From a virus, in the IMG/VR virus record IMGVR_UViG_3300037245_001320, positions 32,001 to 96,000 of that record: a stretch of DNA of 64,000 bases. One strand, given 5' to 3'. Below the pieces are notes generated by a model. The model searched no databases, had not been told where the DNA came from, and saw nothing but the letters and a program-made list of their open reading frames with translations. Both the position numbers and the translations under genes were made by a program. Every line of letters starts with the position of its first letter. Position 1 is the first letter of the stretch. This document shows, one piece after another, positions 41,314 to 51,400 of this stretch.

Positions 41314-41730
41314 ATGGCACAAAGAGACGTTATACATAGAGCTTTAGCAGTACATATAAACAATAACTTTTCTGATGCTTCTGAAGTGGTATGGGAAAAT
41401 ACATCGTATACACCAGATCTAACTACTCCATGGTTTGAAGAGTTTTTCTTACCAAATGATTCTAGACAAGCTTCGTTAGGACTAACAGGAGAACAAGAAG
41501 ATTTTGGGTTATATCAGATAAATGTAAATATCCCTATTAACCAAGGAACATTTTTATCAGACACATATATAGATGAGTTATCACAATTATTTAAAATAGG
41601 AACTATTCTCGAAAAAGATGGAGAGAAAATATATATAGAAAACAGTACAGCAGCTCAAGGAATCCCAGAGGAAAATTGGTATGTTGTTCCATTCACAATA
41701 TCGTGGTCATGTTATATGACAATAAATTAA
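41314..41730 (+). CDS. Tail terminator protein (DUF4128-like)
   Basis: WEN..Y.P...G.YQI.V..P...G; position before the tail tube gene. Confidence 0.7.
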   Translation: MAQRDVIHRALAVHINNNFSDASEVVWENTSYTPDLTTPWFEEFFLPNDSRQASLGLTGEQEDFGLYQINVNIPINQGTFLSDTYIDELSQLFKIGTILEKDGEKIYIENSTAAQGIPEENWYVVPFTISWSCYMTIN

Positions 41731-41741
41731 GGAGAAAATAA

Positions 41742-42668
41742 ATGGCATTAGGAAGAGGATCACAAAGAGGTCTAAGGTTTATTGAAGAAGTGACCGTAGG
41801 TGTAACACCAGCTACAAATATGACAACTTTAAGAAATACAGGAGATTCTATAACATTAACGAAAGATAGCTTTCAATCTAATGAACTAAGATCAGATAGA
41901 GCTGTAACAGATTTAACTATGGGTAATAAACAAACTGGTGGAGGAATTGATTATGAACTATCAGTAGATAACTTTGACCCCTTTCTAGCAGCAGCTTTGT
42001 ATTCTACAGGAACAGATTTACTAGCTGGAATTGAAAATGGTGTAACAGAGAGATCATTTACAATAGAAAAATCATTCCCAAACATCCCTATATATGAGGT
42101 TTACACAGGAATACATGTTAATACATTAACTTTAAATGTAGCAGCTAATAGTCAGATAACAGGTTCAATGGATTTGCTGGGAACAGGATACACAACTCCT
42201 ATACCAATTATCCCTTTAGTTAATGCAACAGATGCAGCAGTAACAGGGGGTTTATTTGATTCTCATAACTTAGTTATTAGAGAGGGAGGAGTTCCCATAG
42301 GAATAGGCTTATCGCTAACATTAAATATAAATAACAACTTAAACGCTGCTTTTGCATTAGGTGATGATGAAGCTATAGAAGTTATAGATGGTAGATGTTC
42401 TGTAGACGGAACACTTCAGATTTATTTTGATAGTAAAGATATCTATGAGAAGTTTGCAAATGACACAGAGAGTTCAATAGAGTTAGATCTAATAAGCACA
42501 AAAGCTGGAGTAGTAACAACATATACATTTGAACTACCTAGAGTTAAGTATACAACAGCAGATGATCCTGTATCAGATGAAGGAGCAGTTAATGTTTCTA
42601 TGGCATTCATGGCTCTACAAGATGATTCAGCAGGGTACACAATTAAAATAAGTAAAACAGTAGTTTAA
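41742..42668 (+). CDS. Major tail tube protein
   Basis: E.T.G.TP, S.ELR.DR, GG.I..E, SFTIEK, F.LPRVKY. Confidence 0.85.
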   Translation: MALGRGSQRGLRFIEEVTVGVTPATNMTTLRNTGDSITLTKDSFQSNELRSDRAVTDLTMGNKQTGGGIDYELSVDNFDPFLAAALYSTGTDLLAGIENGVTERSFTIEKSFPNIPIYEVYTGIHVNTLTLNVAANSQITGSMDLLGTGYTTPIPIIPLVNATDAAVTGGLFDSHNLVIREGGVPIGIGLSLTLNINNNLNAAFALGDDEAIEVIDGRCSVDGTLQIYFDSKDIYEKFANDTESSIELDLISTKAGVVTTYTFELPRVKYTTADDPVSDEGAVNVSMAFMALQDDSAGYTIKISKTVV

Positions 42669-42688
42669 AATAAATAGGAGATTTAAAA

Positions 42689-43491
42689 ATGGATTTAAGT
42701 AAATTAGCAACTAAAGAGAAGTCAGAGAAAGGATCAAGATTATACCTTATAGCACCTGATGGTAGAGAAACAACAATTTTTATGGATGTACTAGGACAAG
42801 ATTCTAAGAAGTATTTAAATAGAATAAACGAAGCTGTTCTAGACAGTGTTAACAAAAAGAAAGACTCTGATAAAAAAGAAGTCGATATGGATGATCTTCT
42901 TGAAGGACAAGAGAAACAACTAGAGACATTAACTATGATGGTTATCGGTTGGGGAGATCATGAAGAAACAGAAGATAAAGATCCGAAGAAAGGTAAGATA
43001 AAAAAAACTATCACATGGGGCGAAGACGAATTAAAATACACAGAGAAAAATCTTCTTAAAGTATTTGATGCGTGTCCTTGGATGAAAGAACAGATTAATG
43101 CGTTCATGGGGAAAAGAGCAAATTTTTTGTAAGACTGGCTGTTTCAGTAAAAGACTCAGCCAGAGCTTTTGTACAGCTCCATGATCCTGTGAGACCTAAT
43201 GGTGATTCAGAATATGATGAAGCATTATTTTTACAGAAAAAAGGTGAAGAGTATCCCTTATTGAAGCAAGCAGAGCCTCCTCGAAATGAGGCGGCTCTTT
43301 TTGTATGGGGATTGTATTTTAACAAATTAAGAGGCTCAGGAATATCTATGACCGAGATAAAAAACTATATGGACTTATATGGAGTTGATTTAGTTCCTTG
43401 GCAAATAGATTTAATATTTATTATTCATAATGCTGTTGAGGGTTATTTTAATGATAAACATAAGAAAGCTGGGAATAAAGGGAAGAAGTGA
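42689..43491 (+). CDS. Tail assembly chaperone (42689..43132) with a -1 frameshift extension to 43491
   Basis: Slippery heptamer A AAT TTT at 43120-43126 just before the stop; the -1 frame is open and continuous with ORF 43189..43491. Confidence 0.75.
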
Positions 43492-43501
43492 TAAAAAGTC
43501 C

Positions 43502-43530
43502 TTGACAAATGATCAATAGTATGTTACACT
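43502..43530 (+). promoter_or_regulatory. Sigma70-type promoter of the inserted endonuclease gene
   Basis: TTGACA-N17-TACACT. Confidence 0.7.
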
Positions 43531-43564
43531 TAAAAGGTTAATATATTTAAAAAGGAGATTTAGA

Positions 43565-44836
43565 TTGGGTGGAGTAACAACTTTAACAACAGAGAAGATA
43601 AATGAGAAAATGATTCCAAAGGGATTCAAATTATTAACTACGGAATATAGTAATAATAGTACAGTAATGGAATGGGAATGTCAAGAGTGTCTGGGTACAT
43701 TTCCAGATAAACTAATTAACTTACAGAGAAGTTTAAGATGTAAATGCTGTAATGGTGTAAAGAAGCATAGTGTAGAAAGTATTAGAGAAGAGTTCTTAGT
43801 AAAAGGGTTTGAGCTATTAAGCACAGAATATGTAGATAATACCACAGGGATGGAATGGAAACATTTAGAATGTGGGGAAGTATTTCCTTGCGGGTTAAGA
43901 AATATGCAAAGAGCCTTATATTGCAGAGTTTGCGAAGGACCTAATGAGTACACAGTCGAAAGTATAAGAGGACAAATACAACCTTTCGGAATATTCCTAT
44001 TAAGTGAGGAGTATACAAATCAAGATCAACTATTAAATTGGGTGTGTATTCATTGTGGACATGAGTGGGAGAAGAGTAGAACAGTAATGACTGATCATTG
44101 TTTTTGTCCTGAGTGTCGAGATGATAAGCCTTTAAGCATGATAGAAATAAATGAAAGAATGAAGAAAAGACCTTTTATTTGTATTACAGAAGGTATTCAT
44201 TTAAGATCAGCACAAGTAGAGTGGCAGTGTACTAATGAAGAATGTAAACACACTTGGTTTAGGTCGTTTGTAGAAACAGGAGCTTGGGGTGGAGATTGTG
44301 TTGAATGTAGAGACCATAAACCCTATACAGTACAGTTTATTAAAGAGAAGTTATTAAATGATGAGAGAAATATTGTAGTAGTAACAGATCTCCCAGATGA
44401 AACACTTACACCCGCCGTAACTAATATGAGATGGAAATGTCTTATATGTACACAAGAATGGCCTACAGTTGTAGGTTCTGTTATGAGTGGAGAAACAGGA
44501 TGCCCTAAGTGTAATAAAACTTCTGTAAATAAGATTATTGCTGAAAGAAATAAAAAGCAATGGTTAAAAGAAGATGGAAAGGTATATGTTATAAAATGCT
44601 GGGATGAAGAAACAGGAGAAGTATTTTACAAAATAGGGGTAACAATACGAAAGACAGTAAACAGAACTTATGAAATACCCTACACATGTGAGGTACTTAC
44701 AGAAATAAACACAAATAGACACGATATGTATTATATAGAGCAGGATTTACATCAAATAAACTCTGCTACAAGTTACTTACCAAAGAAACACTTTGGAGGG
44801 AAGCACGAATGCTTTTCTAGTGTAATAGGATTTTAA
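43565..44836 (+). CDS. Free-standing homing-endonuclease-like protein: ~5 zinc-ribbon repeats plus a C-terminal GIY-YIG/T5orf172-like domain
   Basis: Repeated LL..EY......W.C..C........C..C; VYVIK...FYKIGVT....R...E...H...G..ECF. Confidence 0.7.
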   Translation: MGGVTTLTTEKINEKMIPKGFKLLTTEYSNNSTVMEWECQECLGTFPDKLINLQRSLRCKCCNGVKKHSVESIREEFLVKGFELLSTEYVDNTTGMEWKHLECGEVFPCGLRNMQRALYCRVCEGPNEYTVESIRGQIQPFGIFLLSEEYTNQDQLLNWVCIHCGHEWEKSRTVMTDHCFCPECRDDKPLSMIEINERMKKRPFICITEGIHLRSAQVEWQCTNEECKHTWFRSFVETGAWGGDCVECRDHKPYTVQFIKEKLLNDERNIVVVTDLPDETLTPAVTNMRWKCLICTQEWPTVVGSVMSGETGCPKCNKTSVNKIIAERNKKQWLKEDGKVYVIKCWDEETGEVFYKIGVTIRKTVNRTYEIPYTCEVLTEINTNRHDMYYIEQDLHQINSATSYLPKKHFGGKHECFSSVIGF

Positions 44837-44850
44837 GAAGGAGAAAGTAT

Positions 44851-47142
44851 ATGCCAGAAAATGTCGCCAAATTGGCCATCGTTGTAGGTACAAAAGGCGT
44901 TAAAGAAAGTACAAAAGAACTAGATGCCCTTACTAAGCGTGTAAAGGAATTAGAAAAGGGTTTAAAAAGCAATAAAAAAACAACCAAGGCAGCAGGAGAG
45001 CAACAAAAGAAATTTACCACAACTATAGGTTCCCTTAGAAGTGCTCTCCCTGCTACAGCCAGTGCAATATATTTAGTCCAACAAGCATATGCTATACTTA
45101 AAGGAGCCTTGGATACTGTTAATGAAGCTTATGAGAAACAGTTTTCCTCTGAGATCCAATTACAGGCAATACTAAAAACAACAAGTAACGCTATTGGTTT
45201 TACAACGGAAGAGATATACAAGATGACAGATGCATGGTCAAGTATGACAGGTATTAATGACTCTATATTAAATGAAGCTGCTGCTATTGGTGCGACGTTT
45301 GTAGACATATCTAAAGAAGTGTTTCCAGACTTAATTGAGCAGGCATTAAACATGTCAACAATATTCAAACAAGACTTGAAACAATCAATTATTCAGTTGG
45401 GTGTTGCTACAAACAATTTACAAGTATCTCGTTTAACAAGAATTGGAATTTCCTTTACAGATCAACAAAAAAAGCAAATAAGAGTTTTAAGAGAGTCTGG
45501 AGATGTCCTTGGTGCACAAATTTTAATCATGGAGGAATTGGAACGAGAAATAGGTGGTGTAGCACAAGCTATGGGAGAATCATCCCTAGGAGCTATACGA
45601 AAATACAATACTGCGTGGGAAAATTTGTTTGAGGAATTAGGAGAAGCCAGTACAACAGCCTATGCTACTATTTTACAGAATATGAATATGTCTGGAGTTG
45701 TCAAACAAGTCTCAGACGCAATAGGAACAATTAATGCTACTAATAAAATAACAACATTATTTGATGCAGGAGTCTTAGCAGAGAATGTAGAGATGGGATT
45801 AGTAAGTTTTGCAGAATTAGGGGCAGCTTATAAAACATATATAAAATTGGTAACAGCCGCAGAGAATAGAGCAGAGTCTGCCTTACTTCCCTCCGCAGTG
45901 GCCTCAGCAGAAGCAGACGCTAAAGTATATACAACACTATCTATTGCTGTACATAACCTCACCCTAAGAAAAAAGGCATTAGAGGAACAACAAAAACTAG
46001 ATATTGCTGAAGCAGAGAGACTAAAGAAATTAAAACAGGAAGCAGATGCAATAGCATTACTAGCAAAGCAATATGAACAATATGGTAAATTAAAAAACAG
46101 GGCAGAACTAGCTGGGATTGACGATAAGTTCGAGAAACAAAGAAGGGCATTAGAGATAGAGTGGTTAGCTATACGAAAAAAGGCATGGGAGGAACATGGT
46201 TTAACTGTAGATCAACTTAATGAGAAAACAGGTAATTACTATGCCACTATGTTACAGCTCATCAATGTGCAAGAAGCCTCAGCAATTGCAGAACAAAAAA
46301 TAAAAGATACAGACTTATATGGTTCAGAAACCAGAAAAAATGCAGAAGCTTATCTTCTGTTGGTAAAAGACTTGGAACGAGCTGTTAAAGGTGGACTGAG
46401 CCAAGATGATGCAGATAATTTCCTAGAGCAGTGGGTGGAAGATCTACATAAAGCTCAACTAATTTTTAATGATATAAATGCGCCACGAGAAAATAAATTT
46501 ATGGAGGGCTTAATAGGAGGCTTTGACACAGCTAAGGAAAGAGCAGATCTCTTTGCCCAATCAATGGAGAACATTGGTAATATCGTAGAGGGTTTAGCCC
46601 TAGATGCAATAGGTGCTTCATTTTATACTATAGGTGATGCAATAATGAGAGGATCGGACGCTACAGATGATTTAGGTCTTTCTTTATTGGGTATGGTAGG
46701 GTCAGCATTTGAAGCAGCCTCTGCACAATTTCTTGTAGCAGCAGCAACAGCATTCGCTTCAAAAGACTATGGAACAGGAGCAACTATGTTAGCATTAGCC
46801 GCCTCCACGGGTATAGCAGGAGGAGTTATTGGAGGAGCGTTAACGCAACAAGATACAGCTACTGCAAAAGCCACAGTAACAGACCCACTAACAGCCACCC
46901 CTCCCACAGATCTTGGAGGAAGTAATAAATTTGGGGCTACAGATAAAACACCAATAAATATAAGCATTTTAGATAGCACAGGCTCGTCTATATCAGCAGA
47001 AGAAAGCCAAAATGCATCGGGTGTTAAAGAAATATCCATTATTGTCGATGCGGCTGTAAACGATGGATTAGGAAAAGGGTCATATAATGATGCATTAGTA
47101 TCAGGATTTGATATACAACCTGTACCACTATTAACCCACTAA
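44851..47142 (+). CDS. Tape measure protein
   Basis: Ala-rich helical protein, L.RIGI.FT..QK..I..L..SGD..GAQ..I..EL motif; follows the chaperone. Confidence 0.85.
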   Translation: MPENVAKLAIVVGTKGVKESTKELDALTKRVKELEKGLKSNKKTTKAAGEQQKKFTTTIGSLRSALPATASAIYLVQQAYAILKGALDTVNEAYEKQFSSEIQLQAILKTTSNAIGFTTEEIYKMTDAWSSMTGINDSILNEAAAIGATFVDISKEVFPDLIEQALNMSTIFKQDLKQSIIQLGVATNNLQVSRLTRIGISFTDQQKKQIRVLRESGDVLGAQILIMEELEREIGGVAQAMGESSLGAIRKYNTAWENLFEELGEASTTAYATILQNMNMSGVVKQVSDAIGTINATNKITTLFDAGVLAENVEMGLVSFAELGAAYKTYIKLVTAAENRAESALLPSAVASAEADAKVYTTLSIAVHNLTLRKKALEEQQKLDIAEAERLKKLKQEADAIALLAKQYEQYGKLKNRAELAGIDDKFEKQRRALEIEWLAIRKKAWEEHGLTVDQLNEKTGNYYATMLQLINVQEASAIAEQKIKDTDLYGSETRKNAEAYLLLVKDLERAVKGGLSQDDADNFLEQWVEDLHKAQLIFNDINAPRENKFMEGLIGGFDTAKERADLFAQSMENIGNIVEGLALDAIGASFYTIGDAIMRGSDATDDLGLSLLGMVGSAFEAASAQFLVAAATAFASKDYGTGATMLALAASTGIAGGVIGGALTQQDTATAKATVTDPLTATPPTDLGGSNKFGATDKTPINISILDSTGSSISAEESQNASGVKEISIIVDAAVNDGLGKGSYNDALVSGFDIQPVPLLTH

Positions 47143-47160
47143 AATAAGGAGAAATAAAAT

Positions 47161-47529
47161 ATGGCAACCCCACTACCACAAACATGGCCTCCCACAGAAG
47201 AACTACCACAGAGGTTTCAACAGAATAGTTATACAGAAGGTAATATAAACAACCTAATTCAAACTAAAATGGACTCAGGTCCTACTAAAAGAAGAAAAAG
47301 GACAACTAAGGCCTACAAGCCTTTTTCTGGAACTATGATTATGTCCACAGAGGAAAAATTAATTTTTGAGGAGTTCTTTACAGACGAGATAGCATATGGA
47401 GCACTACCATTCACCATGCCCTCTCCTATCGAAGGGGTAGCATGGGATGTTTATTTAGATAATCACAGTATGAAGCCTATAAATGGCACAAAATGGTCGG
47501 TAAATATGAGTTTTAGAACGTTGATATAA
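47161..47529 (+). CDS. Distal tail protein (gpM-like)
   Basis: WP..LP, T.MD.GP.K.R.R.T, F..F....I..G..PF..P.P. Confidence 0.7.
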   Translation: MATPLPQTWPPTEELPQRFQQNSYTEGNINNLIQTKMDSGPTKRRKRTTKAYKPFSGTMIMSTEEKLIFEEFFTDEIAYGALPFTMPSPIEGVAWDVYLDNHSMKPINGTKWSVNMSFRTLI

Positions 47530-47541
47530 AAAGGATATAAA

Positions 47542-48012
47542 ATGACAGAGCAATTTAAAGAACAAATAACAGCAGTATCTACTGACGAGACATTCTTACT
47601 ATTACTAGATATTACTCACCCTGACCCTACATACGGATTTACTTTTCATATAGTGAATGACATCATAGGACATGATGTAGGAGGCACAATCTATGAACCC
47701 TATGCCTTCTCATTTGTTGCCCCTAAAACAACAGCTACAGGAGCAACTGCTTCTTTAGTGCTAGATGACGTAGATAGAAGATTTGCGGTAGCACTAAGCA
47801 GAGTACCTTCTCCTCAACCAACATGTACAATAACGTTGGTGAAAGCATCAGACATGACTGTAGCAGAACTTGATCCATGGGTATTTAATCTAGGAAAAAT
47901 GAATGTATCTAGTGCAACAGTAACAATGGATCTTTTAAAAGAAACAGTCTTAAATAATGCCTTGTCAGGATTTAATATTGATGCCACCAACTTCCCAGGC
48001 TTTTTCTCATGA
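47542..48012 (+). CDS. Minor tail protein (DUF1833-like)
   Basis: L.LL.I.HP...V.D...Y....F....P...FPG.F. Confidence 0.7.
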   Translation: MTEQFKEQITAVSTDETFLLLLDITHPDPTYGFTFHIVNDIIGHDVGGTIYEPYAFSFVAPKTTATGATASLVLDDVDRRFAVALSRVPSPQPTCTITLVKASDMTVAELDPWVFNLGKMNVSSATVTMDLLKETVLNNALSGFNIDATNFPGFFS

Positions 48013-48431
48013 AGTGGTATAGTAAATATGTGGGAGTACCTTTTAGATCTTTAGGAAGGACAATGCAAGGGTGTGATTGTTATGGTTTAGTTCAACTTGT
48101 TTTAAAAGAGCATTATGATATAGTACTACCAGATGTAGGGGGATATGTTAATGCACTTGACACAGGACAGACTTCCAGTGTAATAGATGTAAACACCCCT
48201 TTATTATCAGGTGAAAAACAAACAGAACCCTCAGAGGGATTGGTAGTTGTATTATCCTCCTTAGAAGGGCTATCATCACACGTAGGACTGCTCGTAACAG
48301 ATAAGTTGATGTTACACACAACTAAGCAGTTTGGGACGATTATAGAGCCTATAACAAGAAATAAAATAAAAAATAGAATAAAAGGATTATACAATGTCAA
48401 TAAGAGTTATAACACAAACAAATCCATTTAG
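48009..48431 (+). CDS. NlpC/P60 tail tip assembly protein (gpK-like)
   Basis: YVG.PF...GR...G.DCYGLV...HVG......MLH. Confidence 0.85.
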   Translation: MKWYSKYVGVPFRSLGRTMQGCDCYGLVQLVLKEHYDIVLPDVGGYVNALDTGQTSSVIDVNTPLLSGEKQTEPSEGLVVVLSSLEGLSSHVGLLVTDKLMLHTTKQFGTIIEPITRNKIKNRIKGLYNVNKSYNTNKSI

Positions 48432-51400
48432 TACAGAAAGAAAGATAAACGAATTAGATGATGTAAAAACAGTTAACGGTATTCTAAGAAAACTTAAAAT
48501 AAATAAAAAGGACATTCCTCTTGCCATATCAGTTAACGGTGTCGTTACAGAAGATTTTTCCTTGAAAGTAAAAGAGAATGATTTGGTATTAGTAAAAATC
48601 ATTCCTTCTGGGGACAGAGGTACAGCTATCTCAAGGGTTTTAGGAGGCTTACAGGTTGTAGCAGGTATAATACTTATTGCTACAGGATTAGGAGCAGGAG
48701 GAGGGGTAGCCTTAATAATTTCAGGAACAACTACATTCTTTGGTCCTGAAATAGCCTCATGGGCTGAGAACGCAACAGACAAAGACAATAAGGTAAAGTT
48801 AACAGGACCATCCACTTCCGATGTAAGCTACCTAAAAGGAGGAAAAAATGCTTATGGTCAGAATCAACCTGTCCCTGTAATATTAGGAAAACACCGATAT
48901 TATCCATACCAAATAGCTTATCAATATACCAATTTAGAACTAGATGCTAAAGTAACTCCTGTAGTATCCAATCCAGAAGTAGTTGAGGACACTTTAAGAA
49001 AAGCAAATGGACAGTTAAATCAACTAAGGAATAGACATGACGATTATGAAACAATGATATCTGATGTAAGAACAAAAATAGCAGACCTATACAGTCCAGG
49101 AGGAACAACATGGGTAGCTATTTTAGATACTCGAACGGACTTGTATGCTTTAAAGAGTATTCCTGAATTAAATAGGGATAGTCATTTGTCAACAGCAATA
49201 GGATTCTTTACAACTGGTGCACCAGTTTCTGAGGCATATGGCTCAACATTTGTTTCTTCAGCATATAATCAAAAACTACACCAAGTACTTTTGTGGGGAC
49301 ATAAAGACATAGAAATATTACCTAATACGCTAAAAAGAGCAGAAACACTTGTGACTAATACAGCCTTAACAGACACATCAGTAGTACATAATAGTTTAAG
49401 TAATTATGGGGAAAAAGCTCAAAAGCATGTTGCAATCTATAAAGTGTTAAAAAAGTTTAGTACAACTACAGGAGCAACCCCTTACAGCATCCTTTTGCCA
49501 GGAAAGATTAAAGATGCAACAATGGTATTTATTTTTGGTTTGTTTTTTGCAAAAAACAAAGACGATGAGTATTTAACTCCTAAAATTAAAGTATCATGGG
49601 CATTATATGAAGTACCCGACTCAGGTCCAGATGTGCTTGTAACAACAAAAACGGAAACATTCTCAGGGGGAGATGTACATAAAGCAGAACAACAGGAACC
49701 TTCGGGAATAAATTTAACTATACCCGTTACATTAACTACGACTAAGCAATACAAAATAACTATACAACGAGAGTTTGATGATATGCAGGATGAGGACAGT
49801 ACGGTGTACAATCCTCATGTGTCTGCATTTGAATCGGTAGTAGCCTTATCACATATACTATGTACATCTGATCTAGATGTTATGACTCCCTATGCAAAGA
49901 CTACTTATAATTACTCATCAGTAGTTACACAAGATGATACAATAGATGGGGATATAGATAGTTTTAATGCTATTGTACAAACTAACGTACCTAACTATAA
50001 TGGTGTAGGAACAGGAAGTTCTGCATGGAACACATTAGAACTTACAAGTAATCCAGCTTCAATGTATTTATATATACTACAAGGTGCACCAAATAAACGC
50101 CAAGTAGATGATAGTGAAATAGATTGGGCAGCTTTAGAAGACTGGTGGCAATTTTGCGAAGATAATAATTTTGAGTGTAATATAGTTTTAATAAACCCTG
50201 GAAGTATAAGTAATATATTAAAAACAATATGTATAACAGGAAGAGCAACATTAAATACTACTAACAACTATTCTGTTTTGGTAGATAAAGAACGTGATTT
50301 TCCAACACAACTAATTACAAATTTAAATGCCTTTAACATGTCATTAAATAGGAGTTTCAATGAACCTGTACATGGGATATACTTTTCCTTTATAGATGCA
50401 GGAGAAGAGTCAGACTACCAAGCAGTAGAAAGAGCTGTTTATCTAGATGGGTATAATGAAAATGGGACAGACGGAAAAATTAAAGCCACTAAACTATTAT
50501 CTCAACAATTACTAGGTGTAACAAGTGCAACTCAAGTAGGGCAACTAGGTAAGTTTATGATTAATGCCTATAATAGACGTGTAGAAACAGTCTCAGTTTC
50601 AATGGATATAGAATATTTATTAGCGTTACCAGGAGATCTAGTTAAATTCTCCTACGATCAATTACTAACAAGTACTGCTAGAGGTAGAATAACAGAGATA
50701 ATAAACAATGGCTCAGGAGAAACTGAAACCATATTATTAGATACCGATGTAACTATGGAAGCAGGTAAATCATATGCAGTTGTTATTAGATTAGCTAATG
50801 GAGATTTTGTAGAAGAAGGTGCAACACAGAGCATACCTGTAAATACAATTGTTGGTACCTTTGACTATGTAATTCTGTCTAGCCCACAGGTAACATCTGT
50901 AGCTGTTGGAGACTTGGTGGCTTTTGGAGAAGCTGCAACAGTAACTGGGGATTATTTAGTACAATCTATCACTCCCTCAGATAATCTATCAGCTACGTTA
51001 CGATTAGTTAATTATGCAGAAGAAATATACTCTCCTGATCCACTAGGACCATGGGAATCTCCTTATGGGAAACAGAGTGACTTTGGAGCCTCTCCTATTT
51101 TAGAGAGTACCTACACATTGGATGCAATAGGTAATTTAACAGATGCTAATGCAAAAAGATTAGACACATTAGCATCTCCTTCAATAAAAAGAGCTATACG
51201 TACCCAAACACCTTCAGCAACATACGTTCGAGAAGATGTGCTTGAAATGGCCTTATCTAATAATTATTTATACTTTATAGATAAAGAGGATCTATCTATA
51301 AAGAGAACAACCATATTACCCAATGCAGCGACAGAAACAATAGTAACAACCCCTTGTAAGGAATTAGCTGTTACGGCTGATGATAGGTTTCTGCTTTACA

